Shown here piece by piece: positions 1 to 11,071 of a DNA stretch of 64,000 bases. Position numbers and translations under genes: made by a program. Every line of letters starts with the position of its first letter. Positions within the stretch are counted from its first letter, which is position 1. The stretch covers positions 96,001 to 160,000 of the forward strand of contig OZ219787.1 in NCBI GenBank assembly GCA_964291285.2. The letters are read 5' to 3'. Below the pieces are notes generated by a model. The model saw only the letters and a list, made by a program, of their open reading frames with translations, did no database searches and was not told the origin of the DNA. Source of the DNA: Alphaproteobacteria bacterium (GTDB lineage Bacteria > Pseudomonadota > Alphaproteobacteria > Bin95).

Positions 1-1199
1 ATACGGAGCACCAAGCTCGATTCATCAACCAATCTGTATTCCGGCGGTAAACCGGTGGCCTCCTGGGTTTCCGTGCGGATGATCGACACGCCATCCCCGC
101 GGCGTTCCATCAGGTACCTGCGACGACCCGACCCTGCCACATTACCGACGGGGATGCGCCCGAACACGGATGCGACCACCTCGTTGCGCGTGGCCTGACT
201 GGCCTCCATGCCTTCGATGGTCATGCCGTTCGGAAGCTGGCCGGGCGAATCGATCTCCAGACGGTCCTTGAACATGGATAGCCGGATCCTGCGGGAAGAC
301 ATGGAGTAGTCGCGGTGCGCAACCGCGTTGACCACCGCCTCGAATATGGCAGCTTTGCTGTACTGGAAAACGTCTTCCCGTTCCGGAGTCTTGCGGGCGG
401 AAACACGCATGTTGCGAACGACGAACCGGACCGCGTCCGCGATCTGTGCGGGGAGCGGTCCGGCGATCTCCTGCGCGTCCAACTGGCCCGAGGCACGATC
501 CAGTCCGCGATAATGCGTCGCCACGATGGTCGCTTGCGGCAACCAGTCCTGCGGAGAAGGAGTGCAAAGCAGTATGCCGGCCACGGTGGCCCGATCCACG
601 CCCGCTTCATCCTGCGCCAGCAGGCGAAGATTCAGCAATCCCCGCCGTGGGTCCGCCGCCGCCGCCACGCTGAGCAGCGGCTCCCACAGGCGTTCGCTGA
701 GTGTCTCGAAACCGGTTTCGGGAACGATCTGCTTGTCGAACCACAGGTAGCGGTTCTGCGCACGATTCTGCGCCAACCTCAGACCTTCGTCCCCGAGCAG
801 GCGCCGCTTGGTCGCACCGACCCGGACGAATGCCCGCCCGCTCCGTTCATGCAGGGCTTCGCCGCGTGGGACTGCGACCAGCAGGAATGCTCTGCCATCC
901 AGTTCTCTGTGGTGGACGCCGATGCGCAGCGGCGGCTCGAGGACGTCGGTGCTGACCTCCACAAGCAGGTGGTCCAGTGCCGCCATCCGCTCTCGCGACA
1001 TGCCCTGGATTGTTCCGTCGTCAGACACTCCACAGAGCATTATCCCGCCGTCCGCGTTGCCGAACGCGCCCAGTTCGTCCGCCCAATCGTCTCTGCGTGG
1101 GCTGATCGGTGTGGCGCCACGGAACTCGATCCGCTTGAATTCCCACTGGCTGTCCTCACCCAGGCGGAGTTGGCGGCGGATGTCTTCGTCCCGGATCAT
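1..1199 (-). CDS. Schlafen/AlbA_2-domain protein with C-terminal HATPase-like (RecG-C-like) domain; runs off left edge
   Basis: Manual translation from ATG at 1199 (TAATG overlap with hsdS stop): MIRDEDIRRQLRLGEDSQWEFKR...AFGNADGG...GVSDDG...EAVVNAVAHRDY...DRLEIDSPG. Absent from ORF track because there is no stop in the window. Confidence 0.85.
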   Translation of the reverse strand, partial: MIRDEDIRRQLRLGEDSQWEFKRIEFRGATPISPRRDDWADELGAFGNADGGIMLCGVSDDGTIQGMSRERMAALDHLLVEVSTDVLEPPLRIGVHHRELDGRAFLLVAVPRGEALHERSGRAFVRVGATKRRLLGDEGLRLAQNRAQNRYLWFDKQIVPETGFETLSERLWEPLLSVAAAADPRRGLLNLRLLAQDEAGVDRATVAGILLCTPSPQDWLPQATIVATHYRGLDRASGQLDAQEIAGPLPAQIADAVRFVVRNMRVSARKTPEREDVFQYSKAAIFEAVVNAVAHRDYSMSSRRIRLSMFKDRLEIDSPGQLPNGMTIEGMEASQATRNEVVASVFGRIPVGNVAGSGRRRYLMERRGDGVSIIRTETQEATGLPPEYRLVDESSLVLR

Positions 1200-3773
1200 T
1201 ACCCAACCGCCTTTACAGCACGCTCAGCATCCCGGAGGCGGATTTCGCCGGACATGAGCTTGGGGAGCAGGAGGTCGCGGATAGCGCCAGTGGTCTCGAT
1301 CTGGTGCAGATTGCTCAGGGCGCGTTTCATGATCGGCATCGCCCACAGCTCAAAGGCTTCTGCAACGCTCACCGGTGGCAAGGCTAAATCGACCAGAGCA
1401 AAAGTCTGGCGTGTGATCGTGTCAAAAATCGTGCCGTGCGTCCGGTTCCGCAACTCTTCCACCATCATTCTGACAAGCCAGTATGTGAAGAAGTCACAAT
1501 AGCCGCCGACGCCTCGTATCCCGTAGCAACTCTGATTCATGGCCATCGCCCTGCCGAGACAAGCCAACCTTCCGACAGTGCCCCTTGCGGTAATAACGGT
1601 TGTTCCGGCAGAAAGAACTTTTGCCGCACTGTTTTCAACCCCTGTTTGCGTAATGCTCCTCTCGGTCTCCAAGACGAACATGTCCGAGGAAGATGGCGCA
1701 TCTTTTGCCGTATACCAATAAATTTCGCCATCCCAATAATCTTCGATCGACGTTTTAGGCGTACCTCCACTGTGAATTTCTATTACATCATCCAAAACTG
1801 CTGCCTCCCACCCCTCCGGTATCTCACCGAGTTCGGAGTTGACGAAGCGGTCGGGAAACAGTTCCCACAGTTCGGGGGCGAGGTACGGAGCACGCCCTTC
1901 CATCTTCGCCTTTACCGGCCCGAAATCGACGAACCAGTCCTTGAAGATCGCCCGCGCCATCGCCTCCAGCGTCTCGTTCATGCGCCGGTTCAATGCTATC
2001 TTGTCGTCCAGCGCGCCGAGGATGCCCGCAATCGCCCGTTGCTCGGGGAGAGGGGGCACTGGAACCGGCAGATAACTCAGAGCCTGACCCAAAAAGAGTT
2101 GAGCGGTTTCAAGGGATTGTGATTCAGTTCGGTTATGCATCTGAACGGAGCCACGAATGCCCTGGACCGAAACCGCTCGCCGGGAGTATCGGCGGGACTG
2201 CCCACGATATGCAAGCGATCTGACCGACGCTGAGTGGTCTCTGATCGAGCCCTTCATGCCGTTGCCCTGCCGTATCGGTCGCCCGCGCCAGACCGATCTG
2301 CGCGAGGTCGTAAATGCGGTGCTGTATATGGCCACGACCGGTTGTCAGTGGCGCCAGCTGCCGAAGGACTTTCCGCCGGTCTCGACGGTGCAGCGCTATT
2401 TCTACGAGTGGCGCGACAACAGGCTGTGGCAGACGATCCGGTTCCACCTGGCCGTGCAGGCGCGCGAACGCGAGGGGCGCGAGGCCCAGCCGAGCGCGGG
2501 CGTGATCGACAGCCAGACGGTGAAAACCACGGAGGCAGGCGGGGTTAGCGGCTATGACGCCGGCAAGAAGGTCAAAGGGCGCAAGCGCCACGCTGTCGTC
2601 GACACCATCGGCATGCTCTTCGGCCTCGTCGTACATGCCGCCGACGTTCAGGACCGCGACGGCGCCCCGGCCGTGCTGAAATCCATCCGCCACGCCTGCC
2701 CCTGGCTGCGTCATCTGTTCGCCGATGGCGGATATGCCGGGCCGAAACTGCGCGGCGCCCTCGACAGGATCGGCAAGTGGACGCTCGAAATCGTCAAACG
2801 CTCCGACACCGCCAACGGCTTCGAAGTCCTCCCCGGACGATGGGTCGTCGAACGCACCTTCGCATGGCTCGGGCGCTGCCGCAGGCTGGCAAAAGACTGG
2901 GAAAAATCCATCGCCTCAAGCGAAGCATGGATCAACATCGCCCATATCCGGCTCACAACACGCCGACTCGCAAGGCCTTGAAAAACTTCAGCGAGTTTCG
3001 AGTCAGGCTCTCAGGGAATCGACAGGCACTCGCTGACGCCCGGAAGTGCCGGTCATTTGATCCACGGCGTAGCTTCTCACCCCCTCCCATTGAGTTAGGT
3101 AGTAGGCGTACTCGGAATCCGTGACGCCCGCGCGTCCGCGGATAACGATGAACTCGGTCGAGCCATGCGCGCACTCTGCCGCCCGGTCTGTGCAATAACG
3201 GGCAATCTTGCCATTCTCCAAGCACGGCGTAATGCGCGCCATGAGCGTGTCGCCATCTTGGAAGCGCGACCCGCCGCCGGAATAGGCGCGCCGGTCAATC
3301 GCATGTACGCACCGGGAACCGGCAGTGACCGCAGCCATATCAACGAACGGATACGCCATTCCGCGTTCAAGACGCACTGCCGGGTTGACAACGACTGCTT
3401 CGGTAAACGGCATACGCCGCCACTTTTCATCTACAGAGAGCCTCCTTCGCCTGGTGTCATCAATGTCTGCCAGCACCGCATGGTTCCGCTCAATCTCCCG
3501 ATGAAATCGCTCCGGCAGGCGCGCCCAGTCGCGGGCCTCGACCAAGAAGGGAATGTACGATTCCCGCACCGCCTCCTCGAAGCCCGCCATGTTGCCCACC
3601 GGAATTTCCTTCAATCCCGGCCCGCGCAGCACCAGATCGAGATCGCTGCCGTCATGGCTGCGCCCGTTGACGCGGCTGCCATAGGCCCACACCTCGACAT
3701 CGGGCAAATGCTCCCGCAACAGTGCGTCCAGCGCCTCGCGGTGCTTCGGCTGGAGATGCAGCCGGTCAGTCAT
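1199..3773 (-). pseudogene. hsdS: MNT nucleotidyltransferase fused to type I R-M specificity subunit HsdS, interrupted by IS5
   Basis: N-terminal YGSRVNGRSHDGSDLDL (GSx10DxD), then TRD1. Removing 2080-3010 plus one TCA restores the frame RQRVPVDSLSYLPVPVPPLPEQRAIAGILGALDDKI. TRD2 and RDLLLPKLMSGEI follow. Confidence 0.9.
2080..3010 (+). mobile_element. IS5 family (IS1031 group) element, transposase 2157-2981
   Basis: Transposase motifs YASDLTDAEW, IDSQTVK, RWVVERTFAW; terminal IRs GAGCCTGAC; TCA duplication at 2077-2079 and 3011-3013. Confidence 0.95.
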
Positions 3774-4191
3774 CGGGCGTCGCCTCGATCATGTCCGCCA
3801 GCGCCCGGGCATCGGCGATAAAGTCGGGCAACAGCTTGAGCGTGGCCTCGGCGAAGCCTGCGCCGTAGTCGTGCGCGGTATCGTTGCGGTTGTCGCGATA
3901 GCCGAACCAGCGTTCCGCTGCGTCGGCTTCGATCAGTCCGTGCCGGGCGGCGTGGCGGAACAGGTCCTTGAAGGCAAACCGGTCGGCCTGTCTGTTGCTC
4001 GCGAAGAAAGCGGCAAGCCGCTTGCGCAACAGTTTGCCGCTCTGCTCCAGCACCAGCTCGAACTCCTTCACGCAGGCAGCGCGATAGATGTCATACATGA
4101 AATCGTCCGCCGCGCGATGCTTGTCGATCTCACCGAAAGCTGTCTCCAGCGTTCCGATGCAGCGCCGCAGGAAGGTGGTATCGATGCTCAT
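3766..4191 (-). CDS. HEPN ribonuclease toxin (nucleotidyltransferase substrate-binding, HI0074/HepT-like)
   Basis: RAACVKEFELVLEQ and RNDTAHDY (Rx4HxY); ATGACTGA overlap with the MNT-hsdS start. Confidence 0.88.
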   Translation of the reverse strand: MSIDTTFLRRCIGTLETAFGEIDKHRAADDFMYDIYRAACVKEFELVLEQSGKLLRKRLAAFFASNRQADRFAFKDLFRHAARHGLIEADAAERWFGYRDNRNDTAHDYGAGFAEATLKLLPDFIADARALADMIEATPDD

Positions 4192-4235
4192 GTCCCGCTG
4201 CTCCGTCCCCGGTGCGCAGACCCGTTGCGGCTCAT

Positions 4236-4620
4236 TCATGAGCGGCAGGCCGATTTGTCGATCAATTTCGGCAAGATTATGAGCCTCAGCAACCGTTGTA
4301 TGACACAGGCGTGCGCCATGTTGCCCACCGGAATTTCCTTCAATCCCGGCCCGCGCAGCACCAGATCGAGATCGCTGCCGTCATGGCTGCGCCCGTTGAC
4401 GCGGCTGCCATAGGCCCACACCTCGACATCGGGCAGATGCTCCCGCAACAGTGCCTCAAGCGCCTTGCGGTGCTTCGGCTGGAGATGCAGCCGGTCAGTC
4501 ATCCGGCGCCGCCTCGATCATGTCCGCCAGCGCCCGGGCATCGGCGATAAAGTCGGGCAGCAGCCTCAACGTGGCCTCGGCGAAGCCTTTCCCGTTGTCA
4601 TGGGCGGTATCGTTATCGAC
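4236..4620 (-). pseudogene. Partial duplicate of HEPN 3' end and MNT 5' end
   Basis: About 4315-4615 is nearly identical to about 3585-3885 (NDTAHD..GFAEATL..PDD / MTDRLHLQPKHR..SDLDL); both halves are truncated. Confidence 0.85.
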
Positions 4621-4748
4621 AATCCCTCGCAGGTCATGGCAGGTGTAAGGCCCAGGCTGTCGGGGAACAGCCTTCACCGGAAGGCGCCGCGCGCCTTGGT
4701 GTACCGACATGTTTCCCAACGCATGCAGAGGATGGGAAGAGATCATCG

Positions 4749-6287
<1,539 letters not shown>

Positions 6288-6544
6288 ATAGTCTGAATCC
6301 TTGGCCGCCAACGCGGATACAGTTTGCCGACTCGGCTCTACGAATACCACTGCATACTTGGCCGACACGGTTCGGGCGGGGAAGGATCCCGTAGATCGCG
6401 GTGCCACCATTCCAGCGTCGCCGACGCTGCCCAACAGATCAATATGATAGCGCGTCACGGGGTACAGGATGCGCCGCCCGAGCGACAGGCACTGAGAGCA
6501 CGGTCAAAACCAGTCCAAGGCCGGGCGTCGGGTCGACGCGTCCG

Positions 6545-6708
6545 GGGCGCAGCCGGTTGACATCATCCGCCTGTTGCTGCCCACCGGCTGCCGCAAGGGT
6601 GAGATCGTCTGCCTTCACCGGGAAGAAGTGAAGGGCGACCGGCTCGAACTCGCCGATAGCAAGACCGGGCTGAAAACCGCCCTGCTGAATGCCGAGGGGC
6701 AGACGTAA
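6545..6708 (+). pseudogene. Tyrosine recombinase remnant
   Basis: DIIRLLLPTGCRKGEI...DSKTG then stop; resembles the integrases at 27563 and 28687. Confidence 0.75.
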
Positions 6709-6737
6709 AAGTCTCCGACTGAGCGGAAGACAGCGCT

Positions 6738-7166
6738 CTACTTACGCCAACTCCCTGACCATAGACCACGCCATATTCGTACGATCCGTGATCGAAGAGC
6801 CCGACGGCTCCGTGTTGAGTCCAGCAAACGGGCCCGCTCGCCGTCGACATACTCCGAATGACGACTTGGATCGATCCCCTCCAACCAAATCACCGCGTTA
6901 TCCCGTATCACGTAGTGGCTGCCGCAGCCGGAATTGGCCCACACGGATCCACCCGTAGGACCGTCGAGCGAGACCGACTTCCCATCGAAGTGAACGTGCC
7001 ATCGACTGGGGTGGAGGGACAGCACCGTCAGATCGCCGCATCCGCAAGGGCAGCGCAGGTTGACAGTCCGATGTTTGTGGCTGATCCAAAGCTCGCCGGT
7101 TTTGATTTGGTCGAACTTGGGCAGCACCTCTACGAAGACAGGGCAGAGTTTCACGGGCATTCTCAC
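6738..7166 (-). CDS. DUF6527-like protein (Bub-operon associated)
   Basis: GELWIS...CPCGCG...W...GSV...CGSHYVIR..VIW; overlaps the ThiF gene stop. Confidence 0.8.
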   Translation of the reverse strand: MRMPVKLCPVFVEVLPKFDQIKTGELWISHKHRTVNLRCPCGCGDLTVLSLHPSRWHVHFDGKSVSLDGPTGGSVWANSGCGSHYVIRDNAVIWLEGIDPSRHSEYVDGERARLLDSTRSRRALRSRIVRIWRGLWSGSWRK

Positions 7167-8365
7167 CGCGAGTCATTCGCTCTGACACTGACAATGCGCG
7201 GGGTTTCGAGTCGGAATTTATAGAGGAACGAAGCCGACTCCGACACATACTGCTCCGTGCGGCGCCGCCACTCCATCACGGCGAGCGACGCCGCCAACGC
7301 GTTCACTTCCGGTAACTGGACGTTGTGATAGCCGGGCACACTGCCCTCGATTCTAGCGTTCGGTATGGCCTCCTTCCATGCCTCAGACCCAGCGGCATAG
7401 GCGCTTGTCGTCACGGCGCCTCTAACAGCGCAGTCTTCCAGCGCTATGCTCACGCCCGAATCTATAAACGGAACCCTCGTCTCAGAGAGTGCGCAGTAGA
7501 CGGCATCCTGACGCGACGAATCGCCGTTGGTCAGCTGGTCGATACACACGAATGCATAGTCGATGGGGTGTGCCGACAGAAACTTGCCGAAAATTGACGG
7601 ACTGTCTATCCGGACAGCGTGCGCGTGGATGCCTTCCCGGAGAGGTGTATACTTGGAGAAGTAGTAGTCTACTTTGCGCAAATGTTCCTTTTTGCACAAC
7701 TCAACCTCCTCGGCTGTAGGTGCACCGGGCGCACGCATCAAATTGTGCCAGTTAACGCCGTCTGAATCCAGTAGATGAATTTCCTTCACGGGCGTTTTTG
7801 CGACAAGATCGAGGACGTAGGCGCCTGTTCCGCCCAGACCAATGATCGCAATCCGTTGACTACGGATGCGATCCTGAACCGGCCTCAACGCCGCTCGTGC
7901 CTCGAACGTGTTGGGTATCTTGAAAGGCTCCTGCTTCGCTAGAGAAGCGGTTTCGGAGTAACCGGCCTCCGACACGGCCCCGACGATCTGCTTCGCGTAG
8001 CGGTGAATCAAGTCATCCACCGACCCATCCTCCTCCGGACTGCCTTGCCCACCTTTCTTGATGGAAATGATCGACCAAGTCTTTCCATCGCCGGCGATGT
8101 AGTTCTCGATCGGGGTTCCATCCGCGTGGTACACGCGCCCGTCGAGTTCTTCGTCAGTGATGATCCGCACCGCATGGATCGCGTCGCCTATCTGATCATT
8201 CGGTTTCCCGTTCGCACGGTCGTACGACTTCTCTATAGTGCAAGTGCCAACGCCCCTGTCTGCAAGGAGACAAGGCACCCCCACGGCCCGGACGACATCG
8301 GAATCGACTCTGATGCTAAACCCGGCCTGCTCACCGAACGCTTTGAGGCGATTCCTACGAGACAT
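7163..8365 (-). CDS. ThiF/E1 adenylyltransferase with N-terminal E2-like (DUF6791-like) domain
   Basis: IAIIGLGGTG, LLDSD, HNLMR, YAFVCID, PFIDSG and C-terminal YHNVQLPEVNALAASLAV; ATG overlaps the Ubl end. E2-like call is from position and weak similarity. Confidence 0.85.
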   Translation of the reverse strand: MSRRNRLKAFGEQAGFSIRVDSDVVRAVGVPCLLADRGVGTCTIEKSYDRANGKPNDQIGDAIHAVRIITDEELDGRVYHADGTPIENYIAGDGKTWSIISIKKGGQGSPEEDGSVDDLIHRYAKQIVGAVSEAGYSETASLAKQEPFKIPNTFEARAALRPVQDRIRSQRIAIIGLGGTGAYVLDLVAKTPVKEIHLLDSDGVNWHNLMRAPGAPTAEEVELCKKEHLRKVDYYFSKYTPLREGIHAHAVRIDSPSIFGKFLSAHPIDYAFVCIDQLTNGDSSRQDAVYCALSETRVPFIDSGVSIALEDCAVRGAVTTSAYAAGSEAWKEAIPNARIEGSVPGYHNVQLPEVNALAASLAVMEWRRRTEQYVSESASFLYKFRLETPRIVSVRANDSR

Positions 8366-8603
8366 GCTCGGGGTCGACCGAAAAGCTTGTGCCGTCCTTG
8401 ACTTTAACATCCTTGCCCGGCAAGAGAACACCGTCCTCGTCCTTGAAATCGTCTTTGTAGTCGATGCCGGGTGTACCGATGATGTGCTTGTTCTCTGCCT
8501 TGTGCAGCTTGTTCCAGATCTTTACGACCTCGGCATAGTTAACAATATGGCCGGGGACTTTGTACACTCGACCGCTCACGTAGATCTCCGTGTCGCCATT
8601 CAT
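8355..8603 (-). CDS. Ubiquitin-like (multi-ubiquitin domain) protein, 82 aa, ending DPEHVS
   Basis: IYVSGR...YAEVV...GVLLPGKDVKVKDGTSFSV pattern; GGAG RBS; first gene of the E1 operon. Confidence 0.75.
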   Translation of the reverse strand: MNGDTEIYVSGRVYKVPGHIVNYAEVVKIWNKLHKAENKHIIGTPGIDYKDDFKDEDGVLLPGKDVKVKDGTSFSVDPEHVS

Positions 8604-9018
8604 CGTTTTACTTCTCCGATTGTTGGAGGTTGAAGGGAATTCGAACCACTCGGCCCAATTGTACATCATGGCAACCCGATGTTCGTCGAAGCACGGGTGG
8701 GTCTTGGCGCTCCGCGCTTCCCGGCGCCATAATCTCCGACCTCAATCCGGGCTCGCACGGCATGATCTCCGTGTAACAGCAATGCGCCTCTGCCGTACGA
8801 ACTCCGCCGCCCCTTCGGTCAGATCCAGGGTCCTCCGAAGGCCAACGAATCTCGTCACTGCATCGCCGCCCTCGATACCAGTGTATTGTTGGGCAGCCTG
8901 ATGGCGCGACGGTCCGACCCACCTTGTCACAGGTGCCGCGGTGATCTATCGTGTATGCCCATGCAGTCCACGGGCAGATAGCCTTACGCGGTGCTGACGA
9001 GATCCATTGATGCATGCG

Positions 9019-9050
9019 TCTCACTGAGATTGTTGTCCATGCAGACAACA
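9019..9050. promoter_or_regulatory. Palindromic operator candidates in divergent promoter region
   Basis: TCTCA-C-TGAGA (9019-9029) and TGTTGTC-N6-GACAACA (9031-9050). Confidence 0.5.
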
Positions 9051-9084
9051 TAAGCCACCGCGGCCGCATGTCAAGGGGAGAGCG

Positions 9085-9468
9085 ATGTCGTTCGGCTACA
9101 CGCTGAGGAGGTTCCGGGAAGCCCGTGGTCTGAGCTTACGCGAGTTCGGCAAGCTCTGCGGAATCGACCACGCGTACATCCACCGGCTCGAACGGGAGGA
9201 AAAGACGGCTCCCTCCGAGCAAGTGGTCGACACCTTCGTCCGCACCTTGAAGCTCAACTCTCGAAGGGCGCGCCTGCTGCGCCTGCTGGTCGGGAAGACG
9301 ATCAACCGTACCCTCATCGACGTGTTCATCGAAGACGAGCAGCGACCGCTGGACCTACTAGAGCCTGCTCACCAGATGAGCTTCCGGGGAACGCGCCCTG
9401 AAGCCAAGGACGACTGGCGCCGGCATGTCGATCGTTTGGCTCGCCTGTTCGATGAAGACGACGAATGA
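9085..9468 (+). CDS. XRE-family HTH repressor (CapH-like)
   Basis: LRRFREARGLSLREFGKLCGIDHAYIHRLE; abuts the metallopeptidase gene. Confidence 0.85.
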   Translation: MSFGYTLRRFREARGLSLREFGKLCGIDHAYIHRLEREEKTAPSEQVVDTFVRTLKLNSRRARLLRLLVGKTINRTLIDVFIEDEQRPLDLLEPAHQMSFRGTRPEAKDDWRRHVDRLARLFDEDDE

Positions 9469-10350
9469 ATGGACGAGTTCCCGACGATTCTCAGTGCTCG
9501 CCAGTTCCTTCGGAACGCTGGCAACGACTCTGTGCCCGTCGACGTCGGGCGCTTGGCTGCGGCAGCCAACGCGAAGATCAAGGTCGCTTACGATCTCGCC
9601 GACGATGAATCTGGCCAGACCACCCGGTTCAAAGGAACACACGTCATCATCGTCAACGGCAATCACACGGAGGAGCGGCAGCGCTTCACCGTGCTTCATG
9701 AAATCGCCCACATCGTTCTTGGACTGCCTTCCCAGCACCACGGCTCGACGCTCAAGACCGACGTGCTTCTCCGGTACGGACGGCGACCCGAGGAAGAAGT
9801 GCTTTGTGATGTTTTCGCTGCCGAGTGCCTGCTTCCTTACCACCCGTTTGCCGAACAAGTCTCCGACTCGGAAATCTCCCTGAATGCCGTGAAGTCGCTT
9901 GCCCGAGAATACAAGGCATCATTGACCACGACGGGATCGAGATTCGCTCTGAATGCGAGAGAGCCCTGTGCGTTCGTCCTCAGCGAGAACGGGCGGATCC
10001 GTTATGTGTCCCGGTCGAAATACCTGAATGAGCTGAAGGGATGGATCAATTTCAACGCCTCTGTGCCGCAAGGCAGCGTCGCGCAGCGCCTGATCGAGGG
10101 TGGTCCGAAGATCGAGGATTACGACGAACTTCCAACAGATGTCTGGTTCGACGGAGGCGTCAGGAACCGACCATTGATTGCTGAGGAAGCCATCCTCCTG
10201 CGGGACTGGAATCAATGTCTTTCACTCATCTGGTTTGACGAGCGCCTGACACCAGTCCGGGAGCGCCGGGACGAGGATGAAAAGGTTGAGCCTTTGCTCC
10301 AACAGCTTGACGGTACACTACCGTGGCCATCCAGAAGCCGCCGTGGATAG
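9469..10350 (+). CDS. ImmA/IrrE-family Zn metallopeptidase (CapP-like)
   Basis: RQRFTVLHEIAH (HExxH), EVLCDVFAAECLLP, then HTH and GAF-like C-terminus. Confidence 0.88.
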   Translation: MDEFPTILSARQFLRNAGNDSVPVDVGRLAAAANAKIKVAYDLADDESGQTTRFKGTHVIIVNGNHTEERQRFTVLHEIAHIVLGLPSQHHGSTLKTDVLLRYGRRPEEEVLCDVFAAECLLPYHPFAEQVSDSEISLNAVKSLAREYKASLTTTGSRFALNAREPCAFVLSENGRIRYVSRSKYLNELKGWINFNASVPQGSVAQRLIEGGPKIEDYDELPTDVWFDGGVRNRPLIAEEAILLRDWNQCLSLIWFDERLTPVRERRDEDEKVEPLLQQLDGTLPWPSRSRRG

Positions 10351-10519
10351 GTGCGGCTTCTGGCGACATTTGACGGCGATTCCTGCGTGATTTGACGATA
10401 CTTTTTGGCCATTGCGCTGTCTCTCCGGGGACTGTTGCAGGAGTTGTTCAGCTCTCCTCCGTGACGTTGTGGGCTAGCCAGAGGCCAGCCCAGTGCGAAC
10501 GTAAGCGAACCCTGTTTGT

Positions 10520-10915
10520 CATGCAAAGGCGGTTGGGCGCGGTGGCGAGCTCTTCATGTCGAGTGATCCTCCGCCGAGATGCGCCGGTCTTTCTTCCATC
10601 ACTCTCCGGTCGGCTTTTTCTTGCGTAGCGTAAATTTCATTCAGCCGCCGCTGCCGTTCCAGCAAGCTTCATTCCGCAACGATGACGAAAAGCAGCGAGG
10701 CGATTTCAAGCACGTCTCTCGGCCGGATGCCGTAGCGTTCGGCCACAAAGCGCAGGGCGGACGGAACGTGGCGCGACATCAACCGCTGCATTTAGGGTAA
10801 GGCCCAACGGCGGTCGACTTGCCTCCGGGTCGGGCGGCGTTGTCAGCGTGCCCCACTCGACGACGAGTGCCTTGCCCAAGTGATCTGCCCCCGTCGACTG
10901 GTCCAGGGTGAATAT
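10520..10915 (-). pseudogene. Degraded hypothetical gene
   Basis: Coding-like fragments (SALRFVAERYGIRPRDVLEIASLLFVIVAE*SLLERQRRL) with a stop and a frameshift. Confidence 0.35.
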
Positions 10916-10917
10916 TA

Positions 10918-11066
10918 GGTCCTGTGGAGGGATTTGATCAGGATGAAGGCGGCGGTGAATGCGACGAAGAAACTGAAGTTTGTGGCCGTTTTTTCGCAAC
11001 GCAAGGCGATGCGTTTGAAGCGTTTGATCTTGCCAACGGCCTGTTCGGCGCGGGCGCGGGGGCCGT
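10918..11066 (-). mobile_element. IS5 family (IS427 group) 3' remnant
   Basis: EQAVGKIKRFKRIALRCEKTATNF and terminal GGTCCTGTGG next to TA. Confidence 0.8.
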
Positions 11067-11071
11067 AGGTT

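Noticed and set aside
315-1502. 395-aa plus-strand ORF and similar long Arg/Pro/Gly-rich ORFs across the window
   Set aside because: Shadow frames of real genes in high-GC DNA, with no recognisable motifs.
6288-6458. N-terminal extension of HsdM
   Set aside because: HsdM similarity begins at MARQATS (6287); the extension looks like a chance open frame.
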